Source: Minisyncoccota bacterium (GTDB lineage: Bacteria; Patescibacteriota; Minisyncoccia; JAHIHE01; JAGLIN01). From it: a stretch of DNA of 62,448 bases. Of the stretch, positions 43,922 to 53,981 are shown piece by piece. The translations under genes were made by a program, and so were the position numbers. The number at the start of each line of letters is the position of its first letter. Within the stretch, counting starts at the first letter, position 1. The stretch is taken from the NCBI GenBank assembly GCA_041661265.1, contig JBAZUT010000009.1:1-62448 (forward strand), given 5' to 3'. Below the pieces are notes generated by a model that saw only the letters and a program-made list of their open reading frames with translations, was not told where the DNA came from and ran no database searches.

Positions 43922-44320
43922 TTATGGACTTGATGAAAAATTTTTTATATAGTCGATCACTTTTATATTCACTTCGATATTCGAACTGGCAAACTTTGTA
44001 ATTTCCTCCTTTGCGATCGGGAATACGAAGATATCATCGACATAAACCGTAATTCTTCTTGATCCTTCAATTTCGCCCGTATCGATCAAAATCAGATTCG
44101 TTCTTTCTTCTGTTTTGAGAGGAAATACCCCCATCCATTTCCTTGTCTTCGTCTTCACTCTGATTATGCGCGGATCATATCTCATGCCGGAACGGACCAT
44201 ATGCGCCACAATAAGCTCATTGGAATAATCTTTCTGGAACTGATCCGCTATTTTTTTGAGCACATCGATCAACAGATTGACGATTTCGGGTTTTCCTATC
44301 GATTCGCTGACTTCTACCAT
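43922..44320 (-). CDS. hypothetical protein
   Basis: GGAGGT RBS. 132 aa. Confidence 0.55.
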   Translation of the reverse strand: MVEVSESIGKPEIVNLLIDVLKKIADQFQKDYSNELIVAHMVRSGMRYDPRIIRVKTKTRKWMGVFPLKTEERTNLILIDTGEIEGSRRITVYVDDIFVFPIAKEEITKFASSNIEVNIKVIDYIKNFSSSP

Positions 44321-44452
44321 ATATCATACCTCCATACTGCCGATATACTAAAGTAAAGTTTGCGTTTAGTCAAATCATTTCCGTCATTTGCCTCCGGACA
44401 TCTTGAACAAATGCGATTTGTATAATAAAATGAGAATATAACGTAAAATAAC

Positions 44453-45685
44453 ATGATGGGCCTGAACAATCTCAAGATCTCATTCTTCCTTGCGAAGAAA
44501 TCGATCACCAAGGGAAACAAAAGCACGATCGCGCTGACGATCCTGATAATGGCGCTTGCATACATAAATCTTGTTTTCATCTCTTCCATCCTGATGGGGA
44601 TCATAGACACGATGAACAGGCAGGCCATAAACAATCAGGTTGCGAATATCGTGATCGAACCGGAAAAAGACGAAACATATATCAAACAGGTAAGAGCGGT
44701 CCTGACAAAGGTCAACTCCGTTCCGGGGGTTATCGGAAGCTCGGCTCATTACGCAACCGGAGCCGTTTTCTCTTTCGATGAAAATAAGGATGGTGAAAAT
44801 ATAAACACCGGAAGTTTTGCCGTAAAATCCATCGATCCCGCAGACGAAAAAAAGACTACGATCATATACAAAGGCATAGTGTCCGGATCTTATCTGGACG
44901 AAAATGACCGCAACAAGATCATTCTGGGAAAGGAAATCGCGGGAGGATTCGGAGCATCAATGGAAAATCAGGCGCTGGGAGTCAAGGTCGGAGACAAGAT
45001 CGAACTGTCATTCAAAAACGGGATCAAGCGGGAATATGAGATCAAGGGCGTATTCGATGCAAAAAACATAGATTCCGATCTGATGGCATTCATTACCAGA
45101 AAGGAAATGGAATCCATCCTGAACCTGAACGATAGAGCGACGGAGATCATCGTAAAAACAAGAGACACCGGCAACGAGGAAAAATATATCCGGCAATTCA
45201 GAGATTTGGGATTGACCAAAGAAGAAATAAAGCCATGGAAGGATTATATGGGAATGGTCGACAGCCTGTCTGACAGTCTTGGCGTGATCAGGATCATAAT
45301 CTCGATCATAGGATTGGTCGTTGCAGGGATCACTATTTTTATTGTAATTTTTATCAGCGTCATCAACAAGAGAAAGCAGATCGGCATTCTGAGGGCGATC
45401 GGGATAGAAGAAAAGATCATAATAAGATCATATGTGATCCAGGCGATGTTTTACGCAATATTGGGAGTAGGCATGGGATTATTTTTGACATATTTCTTTT
45501 TAATCCCGTATTTCGAAAAGAATCCTCTTGATTTCCCCATGGGACCTGTAGGTCTCGTTGCCACTTTCAATGATCTTGCGATCAACAGCTTGAGCCTAAT
45601 TGCGGCCGCCATAGTCGCGGGCTTCATTCCCTCATGGCAAGCCACAAGAGAGGATATAGTGAAAGCGATCTGGGGAGCACAGTAA
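44453..45685 (+). CDS. ABC transporter permease, MacB/FtsX type
   Basis: One TM, a large external domain, then 3 TM helices with RKQIGILRAIG. Confidence 0.8.
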   Translation: MMGLNNLKISFFLAKKSITKGNKSTIALTILIMALAYINLVFISSILMGIIDTMNRQAINNQVANIVIEPEKDETYIKQVRAVLTKVNSVPGVIGSSAHYATGAVFSFDENKDGENINTGSFAVKSIDPADEKKTTIIYKGIVSGSYLDENDRNKIILGKEIAGGFGASMENQALGVKVGDKIELSFKNGIKREYEIKGVFDAKNIDSDLMAFITRKEMESILNLNDRATEIIVKTRDTGNEEKYIRQFRDLGLTKEEIKPWKDYMGMVDSLSDSLGVIRIIISIIGLVVAGITIFIVIFISVINKRKQIGILRAIGIEEKIIIRSYVIQAMFYAILGVGMGLFLTYFFLIPYFEKNPLDFPMGPVGLVATFNDLAINSLSLIAAAIVAGFIPSWQATREDIVKAIWGAQ

Positions 45686-45774
45686 AAATTAAAAATGTAA
45701 ATATCAAAAATAAAAATTATGGTAAATTATGAGTTGATTTTTTCATTTTCATTTTTTATTTTTTAATTTGCAAA

Positions 45775-46446
45775 ATGATCTCAGTCAAAGATCTCACAAA
45801 AACCTATGCCGGAGATGTTCCCACCCAAGCCCTCAAGGGGGTCAGCTTTGAGATCGGCGAAGGTGAATTCGTCGCAATCATGGGGAGGAGCGGGTCCGGG
45901 AAATCCACACTGCTTCACCAGCTGGGGCTTCTTGACGTGCCCACATCGGGAGACGTCATTATCAATAAAAATAGTGTTCGCTCATTCTCGGAAAAAGAGA
46001 AGACGTCTTTCAGACTAAACAAGCTTGGTTACGTTTTTCAGGAATACGCGCTGCTTCCGGAACTCACGGCTCTCGAAACTGTCTATCTCCCCCTGATGAT
46101 GTGCGGAATAAAAAAGAAGGAATATCTGAAAACGGCTTCCGGCGTTCTTGAAAAAGTGGGACTGAAGGACCGCCTGAACCATCTTCCACACGAGCTGTCG
46201 GGAGGAGAACAGCAAAGGGTCGCCATTGCGCGGGCGATAGTCAATAATCCCAAAATACTTTTTGCCGACGAACCTTGCGCAAACCTGGACAGCGAGTCTT
46301 CGGAGATCGTCCTGGATCTGCTGAAAAGTCTCAACAAAGAATTCGGCCAGACCATAGTCATGGTGACTCATGAGAATGAGGACAGAAAATATGTCGACCG
46401 CGTAATATGGCTGAAAGACGGACTCATTGAAAAAGAAGAAAAATAG
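45775..46446 (+). CDS. ABC transporter ATP-binding protein (LolD/MacB-like)
   Basis: GRSGSGKST, LSGGEQQRVAIARA and LFADEP. Confidence 0.9.
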   Translation: MISVKDLTKTYAGDVPTQALKGVSFEIGEGEFVAIMGRSGSGKSTLLHQLGLLDVPTSGDVIINKNSVRSFSEKEKTSFRLNKLGYVFQEYALLPELTALETVYLPLMMCGIKKKEYLKTASGVLEKVGLKDRLNHLPHELSGGEQQRVAIARAIVNNPKILFADEPCANLDSESSEIVLDLLKSLNKEFGQTIVMVTHENEDRKYVDRVIWLKDGLIEKEEK

Positions 46447-46602
46447 GGCCAAACACTCTATTTTTTATTATTGAGCTAAAATGTTGACAACTGGCACCTC
46501 GGATATTAAACTGATTTCGGAGGGATACAAACGTTCCACAAAATTGCAGTAAGCAAAAACAATAATTACGAGTACGAGTACTGGCCGAAGAGCACTGTCG
46601 TA

Positions 46603-47004
46603 TTGATCCGGGCATTGATCCTGGGACTTTCTCTAATGACCATATTCCTCGTCTCGGATTGGATCTTCCGACATATCAGCCGAGATCTTCAGTTCATATT
46701 ACTGGCAGTGACCGCAATTGTTGGTCTATATTGGATACTCACTGATTCAGGCAGAAAGAAACATTACTACTGCCATAAAGCGATAAGCGACATTGAGGAC
46801 TGGCTGAAGATATGGCAAAAAGCCGGAGTGCCGGATGATGATACGCACCTTGCGGAAATGGTTTCGAAAATCAATGCTCTGAAGACACATGTTGCCGGAT
46901 CGAACGAACATGTGAAATGCAACCTGCCGAATAGTTTCTATGCCGAGACAAGAAGATTGATAACGGAGATAAACAAAAAAACATTTTACGAAACTCCTTT
47001 GTAA
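46603..47004 (+). CDS. hypothetical membrane protein
   Basis: Two N-terminal TM helices. The start codon is uncertain (TTG in the track). Confidence 0.5.
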   Translation: MIRALILGLSLMTIFLVSDWIFRHISRDLQFILLAVTAIVGLYWILTDSGRKKHYYCHKAISDIEDWLKIWQKAGVPDDDTHLAEMVSKINALKTHVAGSNEHVKCNLPNSFYAETRRLITEINKKTFYETPL

Positions 47005-47014
47005 AAAAACAGCC

Positions 47015-47039
47015 AGAGAAATCATCTTTCTCTTTTTTT
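47015..47039 (+). terminator. intrinsic terminator
   Basis: AGAGAA-atcatct-TTCTCT followed by T7. Confidence 0.65.
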
Positions 47040-47161
47040 ATACCAAATTTTTACAATTATTTTGCAGATGCCAGAATTCCGATAAAGAAAATATCGTCAT
47101 TGTCATTGAAAAAGTGGCAAAAAGAATAGAAATTAAAAAGTGATGTCTTCGCCTTTCTTTT

Positions 47162-49537
47162 TCACAAACCGCTGGAAAAAAATGAATCGAATATTTCATT
47201 CACCCTTTTATCCATCATGGCATTCATTTTTTTGATCTGCAGGTTTTGCTTTCTTCCCGATACGTTTTCTATGCCTTCCCTGATCTTCCTTACTTCCTCA
47301 TCTTCTTCTATAAGCCCCGCGATTTTATCGAATATCTTTTCTTCCCTGATCATGCTTCTCAGCTTTTCTTTCGCCAAATCCTTGTCTGACATTTCTTTTC
47401 CCGGAAAAAGATTGTTGAGATAATCGATCAGAATGGGTATCGCGCGCGAAAAATTATATTTCCCGAACCTCACCAGTCCTCCTCGCATCTCCAGCTTTTC
47501 TCCCTGCAATATTTCGATGACCTCATCAGGCTTGATTATATTTTCTTTTTTGGCTGTTCCGACTTTTTCTTTATTAGCCTTTTTATATTCTTCATAGGTC
47601 CTCACCACATCGTCATATTTTTCGGTTTTCACCGGCCTTGATCCCATGACATCCGCTTTCCACAGTTCCAGAAGTTTGTCGAAATTTTGGTCTTCCATGA
47701 GCTTCTCCTGTTTGGTTCTGCTCATCCTTGAAAAATCCAGATGATGCATGTGATTTGCAACGAGCCAGACGACATTACCGGCAAATTCCGTTTCATAGTT
47801 CAATCCCTTCAGCCGCTCTCCCTTCATATTCAACCCTTGCCCCCTGTGCCACTTCGCCTCTTTCTCGATATACATGAAGAACTTTGATATTTCAACTGAT
47901 GCCTTTTCGTGTTTGTTGAAATTGATCTCGTCGGAACCCGCTTCCATCGAGACAGTTTGAGATGCAACCTTCCCGGAATCATGCAGAAGAACTGACCATG
48001 CAAGTTCCAGGTATTCCCTCTCGATATCCTTGGCATCTTTCTTCGAGAATTCACTGACATACTCTTCCTTGGACGGCATTTTCCCGCGCCATTTTTCCAG
48101 GATCTCGGAATATTTATTCTCGTCCGCTTTTATATTCCTGCTTCTGCATACGTTAACATATTCTTCAAACGAGAGAAGGGCTTCCCGGCCGCTTCCCGGA
48201 AGATCAAGGTATTCCTGCTCGATCTTTTTCGGATCGTATCCGGGATATTTGTTCCTGTAATCCTCAAGACTGATCAGCTCTTCAAGGCATTTCTTTGTAT
48301 GCTCCCAGACATCTCCCTCTTCATGATGCTCCGCGGGCTGCCGGACGCCTTTCATTTTCGCGATCTCCGGCATGATCAGTTCCAGAACTCCCTCGTTCAT
48401 CATGTCGTCCAAGATCTCAGTCCTGGCGCGGCTCTTGAGTATTTTTTCAAACTCGGGTTTTATCCTCTGATTGAGATAGAACATATCCATGAACTCCTTT
48501 TTCCTGTCTTCGCTCGAAAACCAATTTCTAATTGCCTCGATCGACTCCTCATCGGCATCCAATCCCATCACACCTTTAAATCTGAAAAACCTCAATATCC
48601 TGATCTTGTCTTCCCTTATTCTTTCCACAGGATCTCCGATGAACTTTATCTTTTTGTTTATCACGTCATCATAACCGCCGACGCAATCGATTATTTTTCC
48701 GGACTTGGGATCAAAAAAGAGTCCGTTCATCGTGAAATCCCTCCGCCGCGCGTCCTCTTCAAGCGTTACTCCTTTTGTGACAGTCAGGTCCGGATGCCGT
48801 CCAGCCACTTGCTTTTGTTTTTTTGCAATCTCCGCTCCGCTTTCATTTCCGGCATCATCCGCATCTGTGTTTTCCCCAGCATCTTTCTGATCCGATATGA
48901 CCTTGAAAAACAATATGTCGTATTTCTGATCGCCGTCCTCAATGCGATATACCCCGGCTTTATCGGTCGGCAGGACCGACATATCGTCTTTCAGGATGCC
49001 CTTCAGCGATCCTTCGTTCAGCAGTTCATATTTTATCCCGTCCTTCTCCCCGTTTAAAAATTCTTGGTAATCATTGTCATATTCGATCAGACGCTTGCTG
49101 TATCCGCTGGACTCTATCGCCTTTATCTTCCCGGAAATATCATCGGCCAGGAACACGTCTTTCCTGAATGACGCAACCTCAAAGTCAAATCCGCCGGTCT
49201 TGATGTTTATTATTTTGTTTTCCTGCGCTTTTTCGCTTTTGAAATAAACGGTTGAACCGAATCCTTTTTCAAATATTTTTCTGACATCGTTCGAGCTTGC
49301 CGAAGTGCAAATATCCACATCATTCGGTTTCTTTCCTTTTATATAATCGCGCACCGCTCCTCCCGCAAAATATGCCTCGAAACCCGCTTCCTGGATCTTC
49401 TCAATGATCTCAATGGCCGCCTTTTCCTGCTCATCCCACTCTCTGTCGGGCTTGAAATCCATTTCTATTCTCTGCGCGATCGCTTCCTCTTTGTCATATT
49501 TCTCATCCTCTGCAAAATTGATTTTTTCCATTATCAT
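47162..49537 (-). CDS. large class II nucleotidyltransferase (PcnB/CCA family) paralog with HD domain and big insertions
   Basis: GFEAYFAGGAVRDYIKGKKPNDVDICT, RRRDFTMNGLFFD and LLHDSGK. About 130 aa are inserted between ..EVASFRKD and RRDFT. Confidence 0.75.
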   Translation of the reverse strand: MIMEKINFAEDEKYDKEEAIAQRIEMDFKPDREWDEQEKAAIEIIEKIQEAGFEAYFAGGAVRDYIKGKKPNDVDICTSASSNDVRKIFEKGFGSTVYFKSEKAQENKIINIKTGGFDFEVASFRKDVFLADDISGKIKAIESSGYSKRLIEYDNDYQEFLNGEKDGIKYELLNEGSLKGILKDDMSVLPTDKAGVYRIEDGDQKYDILFFKVISDQKDAGENTDADDAGNESGAEIAKKQKQVAGRHPDLTVTKGVTLEEDARRRDFTMNGLFFDPKSGKIIDCVGGYDDVINKKIKFIGDPVERIREDKIRILRFFRFKGVMGLDADEESIEAIRNWFSSEDRKKEFMDMFYLNQRIKPEFEKILKSRARTEILDDMMNEGVLELIMPEIAKMKGVRQPAEHHEEGDVWEHTKKCLEELISLEDYRNKYPGYDPKKIEQEYLDLPGSGREALLSFEEYVNVCRSRNIKADENKYSEILEKWRGKMPSKEEYVSEFSKKDAKDIEREYLELAWSVLLHDSGKVASQTVSMEAGSDEINFNKHEKASVEISKFFMYIEKEAKWHRGQGLNMKGERLKGLNYETEFAGNVVWLVANHMHHLDFSRMSRTKQEKLMEDQNFDKLLELWKADVMGSRPVKTEKYDDVVRTYEEYKKANKEKVGTAKKENIIKPDEVIEILQGEKLEMRGGLVRFGKYNFSRAIPILIDYLNNLFPGKEMSDKDLAKEKLRSMIREEKIFDKIAGLIEEDEEVRKIREGIENVSGRKQNLQIKKMNAMMDKRVNEIFDSFFSSGL

Positions 49538-49578
49538 AGATTATTCTTATACCCTGATTATACCAAAAAAAACAGATT

Positions 49579-49607
49579 AAAAAAATAACAGCGGTTGTTT
49601 CGCTGTT
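49579..49607 (-). terminator. intrinsic terminator
   Basis: AACAGCG-aaacaac-CGCUGUU followed by AUUUUUUU. Confidence 0.7.
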
Positions 49608-49612
49608 TTACG

Positions 49613-50008
49613 CTATTCTCCGAACTCGGATCTGACGACATCCCTGAATTCGCCAAAAGACATCATCATGCCTCGGGCTTCGGGAAGCATATTCGCTCTG
49701 TTTCGGCATTTGATCAGCATCTTATATGCCATATTCCAATAACCCAGGCTCAATGCCTCGAAACTCACATGCTTTTTGAGCGCGCTTTCAAGATTTTTGA
49801 GTGCGCTGTCGAATTTCCCGAGAAATGCCTGCGCAGTGCCGAGGATAACCTCGACCGTCGCGATCCTTGCCTCCCTTTCAAGGCATTCAGACCGTTGAAC
49901 TTCCGCTTTCAATCTTTCCGCCCTGATCTCGGCTGCGGCAAACGACATTTCGTCGCCTTTTTGCAAAATACTGTTTATTTCTTCCACTTCTTTCTCAAAA
50001 TCCGCCAT
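49613..50008 (-). CDS. hypothetical helical protein
   Basis: 131-aa ORF followed by a terminator. Confidence 0.55.
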   Translation of the reverse strand: MADFEKEVEEINSILQKGDEMSFAAAEIRAERLKAEVQRSECLEREARIATVEVILGTAQAFLGKFDSALKNLESALKKHVSFEALSLGYWNMAYKMLIKCRNRANMLPEARGMMMSFGEFRDVVRSEFGE

Positions 50009-50155
50009 TTTTTATCATCTCGACATATTTTCATGTTTGAAAATACTGTTTAAAGAGTATATGCCATTTACCTGCATTTGTAAATATGCGCATGCGGAAC
50101 ATATAGCCATAAAAATAGCCTTTGCCGCCGATCGGAGCAAAAGCTGGGGGTTTTA

Positions 50156-51238
50156 TTATATTTTTTTGATCAATAGCGGGCAAAGCTTTGAACATTTATC
50201 GCATCCGCTGACCTCGGAATCAGGGTTGCAGCTTTTTGCCGCCTTTCTTTTGTCGGCTATCTGCCGATCGACCTCCATAAGTTCGGGGAGCCTGCACATA
50301 TCTCCGGCATGAACGCTTGTGACCGTTGCCTTAATGCCTTCGATGGTATCCCGGAGGGTCGGAAAACCCTTATGTTCTCTCGGCGGTATCGTGGTTATTT
50401 TCCCGACGTTATGCATCGCTGCAATCGCCGCTCCGCTTGCCGCCGCATACTGGTCACAGTCGAGATTATATTCCGTGACAATAGGGCCAAGCATTTGGAA
50501 GGGTATATAACTTCCGTACTTCTTTCTGATGCTGTCGATCCCGGGACCTATGTCTTTCAGCGGCTGATGGCTCATCGGCTCGATGATCGCCTGAACGCCT
50601 GCCGCCTCCGCCCTTTTAAACACCTTGATCTGTTCCTTCAGCTCCCAGATGTGGGCCTTGTCATAAGCCTCCAGAACAGACGTGGGCCGGAAAGTGGCAC
50701 CGATGTGCAACGTAACATTATATTCCCTGAACAGGGAAAATATGTCTTCCAGGATCGGTCCGTGAGGATTGCATGCGTCATGCTTCATCATATATTGCAG
50801 GAGAACGCCTCCCTGCCTGCTGGTCGTGACGAAATTCCTTTCATGAGCGATCTCGAAATCTCTCAATTTCATCGGAACCAGATTCATTGTCATATAGTCC
50901 ACGCCGGCCTTCACAGACCATTCGATCTCTTCCAGCAGCTTTTCGGGAGCGACGTCTCCGTCATTTTCAACGGCAACCAATATTGGTGCCACCTTCCCGA
51001 AAGCTATTTTCGGATATTTTCTCCTGCCATAGACCCATAACGGAGGATCTATCCTTGCAGTGCTGAGATCGATTATAGTATGAACTCCGAGCCTCGCCGC
51101 CGCATCGATTTTTTTTCTTTCCAGCTCGGCTCCTTTTTCATTATTTGCGCCTACGATCAGGTTTATTTTCGTAGACAGGCCTTCGCCAACATCAACATTT
51201 GCCGTGCTGAGCAAATTACCGATTTTGATCCGTAACAT
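50156..51238 (-). CDS. divergent short ThiC-family (radical-SAM-type) protein
   Basis: AAGAGGTG RBS. TTSRQGG, NVTLHIGATFRPT, GVQAIIEPMSHQPL, PFQMLGPIVTE, IPPREHKGFP and the C-terminal CDKCSKLC. These parallel ThiC motifs but with substitutions. Confidence 0.65.
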   Translation of the reverse strand: MLRIKIGNLLSTANVDVGEGLSTKINLIVGANNEKGAELERKKIDAAARLGVHTIIDLSTARIDPPLWVYGRRKYPKIAFGKVAPILVAVENDGDVAPEKLLEEIEWSVKAGVDYMTMNLVPMKLRDFEIAHERNFVTTSRQGGVLLQYMMKHDACNPHGPILEDIFSLFREYNVTLHIGATFRPTSVLEAYDKAHIWELKEQIKVFKRAEAAGVQAIIEPMSHQPLKDIGPGIDSIRKKYGSYIPFQMLGPIVTEYNLDCDQYAAASGAAIAAMHNVGKITTIPPREHKGFPTLRDTIEGIKATVTSVHAGDMCRLPELMEVDRQIADKRKAAKSCNPDSEVSGCDKCSKLCPLLIKKI

Positions 51239-51385
51239 TTTTGCACCTCTTTTGCAATAGTTTATCAGCCCGATAATAATTGGAAGATCGGACTGTTTTC
51301 ACTATAACAAAGAGGTTTGATGCGAATATTCTAAGAACACTTTTATCTTACATGTGATTCTAGCTTAACAGTGATTTCTAGTCAA
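51239..51385 (-). promoter_or_regulatory. promoter (TTGACT-17-TAGAAT) and ~110-nt structured leader that can sequester the RBS
   Basis: -35 at 51385-80 and -10 at 51362-57. CCUCUUUG (51315-08) pairs with CAAAAGAGG (51254-46), which is the SD. An inner hairpin GUCCGAU..AUCGGGC is also present. Confidence 0.45.
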
Positions 51386-51485
51386 TGAACCCGCCCCCGG
51401 CAGATCCGCCCCTTGTCCCGCCATTGAACCGGTTCTGTTACCCGGAAATAAAAACGGACCGTATAATTGGCAGATCATGTCGAAT

Positions 51486-51510
51486 AAAAAAGCAGCGAAT
51501 GTTTTCGCTG
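51486..51510 (-). terminator. intrinsic terminator after the DUF362 gene
   Basis: CAGCGAA-aaca-UUCGCUG followed by CUUUUUU. Confidence 0.7.
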
Positions 51511-51593
51511 TTATTATTCATCGGGCCTGATTCAGACAGGTATCCTGGATTCTTGCGCGATCCGTTGCCGATTCCAATGCCTCGGCACGTCAG

Positions 51594-52715
51594 TTATTTT
51601 TTGCCGAATCGCCGTTTCAATACTTTCATAAAATCCGAAGTTACAGGCGGACAGCCCTTAACCTTGAAAATTCCATCCGCTTCAGCAGCACATTTCCCGA
51701 ACAATATCGCGTTTTTGGCGATCCTTCTATTTTTGCAACAACCGGCGACTATTTCCAGATCATCCGGATATTCCGCCCCTGTTTTCGCCAGCTTATTCAG
51801 GATGTGATACAGACTTCCGGTACAGCTCGTGCAGGGATTGCCGTCAATTATCTTTATTTTGAATTTCTCCGCCATATGGTCCAGTCCCGGATCGCATGTA
51901 CTGAAGACCGCGGGATCACCCAATCCGTCTCCAAGCACATTTATGTTTCCCGCTTTCGGATCTTTTGCCAAATTCAAAAATTTAATATCACCGGGATCGA
52001 TCCCCATAGCTCTTGCACAGACGATATCGCACGCCGCGAGATCATTTGATGCGATCAGAAGGCCGCGCTTCTTCGGCTCGTACAGTTCGCTTCCCAAGAT
52101 CCCATCGACAAGGGCTATAACTTTGATCTTTCGCTTTAGCGCATTACATATGTCCGCAACCGATTCGGACAAGCCGACGTGGTGCGAATTTTTTTTATCG
52201 CCGTCTTTCAGAAGCCCCTTAAGGTTCTTCATCGCGCAGGATATTGTCGTCACATAATTCGTTTTGAGCTTGGCCAGGCTTATCAGACAGTCAGCGCTCA
52301 GCGCCTCCTCAGGAAATGATATCTTTTTTTGGACTATTCCGGATCCGTTTTCCAATTCGATATAGTTGCTCTTCTTGAAATCGACTATTCTGACGTTCAG
52401 CTTTTGCGCGACTTTGAAAATCCCCGTCTTCTCATAGGCGGAAAAAGTATCTGTTCCAACCGTTGAAGATTCGCCTATCGCTATCTCGGAATTCAGGCTC
52501 AGGAGATGCAGGATCAATGCCTCCATAACCGCCGGATGCGTCGTTCTGCCTTCCTTGGGAGAAAAACTTCCGGTGCAATTCGGCTTGATCAGTATCTTCC
52601 GATCTTTCAATCCCTCGTTGATCCCGACAAGATCAAATAATTCTTCTATTTTTCCCCTGATCCGGGGCACGGAATAGCTGTGCTGCTTGAGCACTGCAAC
52701 GATCTTTTCATCCAT
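51594..52715 (-). CDS. DUF362-family protein with Cys-rich C-terminus
   Basis: KILIKPNCTGSFSPKEGRTTHPAVMEAL. C-terminal CTSCTG..GCC..KCAAE..GCPP. Confidence 0.6.
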   Translation of the reverse strand: MDEKIVAVLKQHSYSVPRIRGKIEELFDLVGINEGLKDRKILIKPNCTGSFSPKEGRTTHPAVMEALILHLLSLNSEIAIGESSTVGTDTFSAYEKTGIFKVAQKLNVRIVDFKKSNYIELENGSGIVQKKISFPEEALSADCLISLAKLKTNYVTTISCAMKNLKGLLKDGDKKNSHHVGLSESVADICNALKRKIKVIALVDGILGSELYEPKKRGLLIASNDLAACDIVCARAMGIDPGDIKFLNLAKDPKAGNINVLGDGLGDPAVFSTCDPGLDHMAEKFKIKIIDGNPCTSCTGSLYHILNKLAKTGAEYPDDLEIVAGCCKNRRIAKNAILFGKCAAEADGIFKVKGCPPVTSDFMKVLKRRFGKK

Positions 52716-53823
52716 AAAATTTCGCCTCCCGATTAACCCGCAAATACGCGCCCAACATGTTCGGATTCACTCCTCTTGAATATGCTTCGGAGAGGACGCA
52801 CTCTGCCTGAACGCCATTTTCTTCGATCTCGCTTGCCATATCCGGCCAGAATAATTCCCTGGAATCCAGAATATTCCCGGCCAGCCGAACTTGAAAATAT
52901 CTTCCGTGATCCTCATATAATATTTTTTCCGCTCTTGAGATCGCTTTTCCCAGGAATCTTCCCATCAGTCTATAGGCAAGCATGGACCTCGGCTCTCCGT
53001 TTTTCGCAAGTTTCGCCATGGTCCTTGCAGCATATCTTTCACTGAATAGATCTTGGAGCATACCGTCATTTTCTTCAAGATATTTCATGTAATACTTTTT
53101 GCAATCCTCGCCGAAGAACTTTCCTTTCCAGAGCATTTGCAGGATATTTCCGACTCCGACCGCCGAACCCAGAGAACCCAGTTGAATGCTTTCCGCGTCC
53201 ATGCTCAGACCATGATCCATTATTCCCATTTTCACGAACGTGTCTGCTATTTCTTGCCTGCTTATTGCAGATCTCAGACCTATATCGCTTATGGGATGGT
53301 TCATTTCTTCGACGAACGGAATGTTCCTGTCTATCCTGACCGGATAAAGAAGTTTCCCGCCGCTGTCAACGCAAGCGCTTCCGATCCCCGATCCGATCAC
53401 CACATAAAACAATTCCGTGCCTATGTAATAATGCTCGCCAATCGCGCCGCAATCAGCATCATTATCCTGGGTATAACTCTCAGCCCCGAATTTTTTTGCA
53501 ACGAATTGTCCTATATTGGATCCGGTAAACGAGGTCAGCACCGTTGATCTGAAAAGCGTGCCGTCACACGAAAGCAATCCGGCAATTCCCAAACCGACGA
53601 GATCCGCCCTGCCGCTGCATATCTCTTTGAGTTTCGAGAGCAGATCTGATCTTGCCGCCGCAAAGCAGCTATTTTTATAATCATGCCTCCACAAACCTTT
53701 TTCGATCATCTTTCCGTCCTGGAACAATCCTGCTTTTACAGCCGAACCGCCCATATCTACAACCAATGTCTCTTTTCCTTTTCCGAATCGGGTTATATCC
53801 GATATCTTTGATGTTTTATACAT
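52708..53823 (-). CDS. ASKHA-fold (ROK/sugar-kinase-like) protein
   Basis: AAGGAGGAAGG RBS before the ATG at 53823. LVVDMGGSAVKAGLF, GLGIAGLL and VVIGSGIGSACV. Confidence 0.55.
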   Translation of the reverse strand: MYKTSKISDITRFGKGKETLVVDMGGSAVKAGLFQDGKMIEKGLWRHDYKNSCFAAARSDLLSKLKEICSGRADLVGLGIAGLLSCDGTLFRSTVLTSFTGSNIGQFVAKKFGAESYTQDNDADCGAIGEHYYIGTELFYVVIGSGIGSACVDSGGKLLYPVRIDRNIPFVEEMNHPISDIGLRSAISRQEIADTFVKMGIMDHGLSMDAESIQLGSLGSAVGVGNILQMLWKGKFFGEDCKKYYMKYLEENDGMLQDLFSERYAARTMAKLAKNGEPRSMLAYRLMGRFLGKAISRAEKILYEDHGRYFQVRLAGNILDSRELFWPDMASEIEENGVQAECVLSEAYSRGVNPNMLGAYLRVNREAKFYG

Positions 53824-53981
53824 GATCCTTCCTCCTTTTTTCAAAGATCGATTTTGCCTGCAAACTAACACATGGAAGTCCTTGTGTCAAACGATAAAGT
53901 CCGCTGATCAAGCTCATTTATTTCCACTTGTAAATATGGCATAAAATGTTAAGATGTTATAGATAATACTAACCGAATTCA

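Noticed and set aside
44314-44634. Track ORF 44314..44634(-), 106 aa.
   Set aside because: It overlaps the promoter and the 5' end of the well-supported FtsX-type permease gene on the other strand, and it has no RBS.
51239-51350. TPP (THI-box) riboswitch upstream of the ThiC-like gene.
   Set aside because: I could not find the conserved CUGAGA and ACCUGAUCUGGAUAAUGCCAGCG-type elements by eye. Only a generic SD-sequestering fold is visible. This needs cmsearch to settle.
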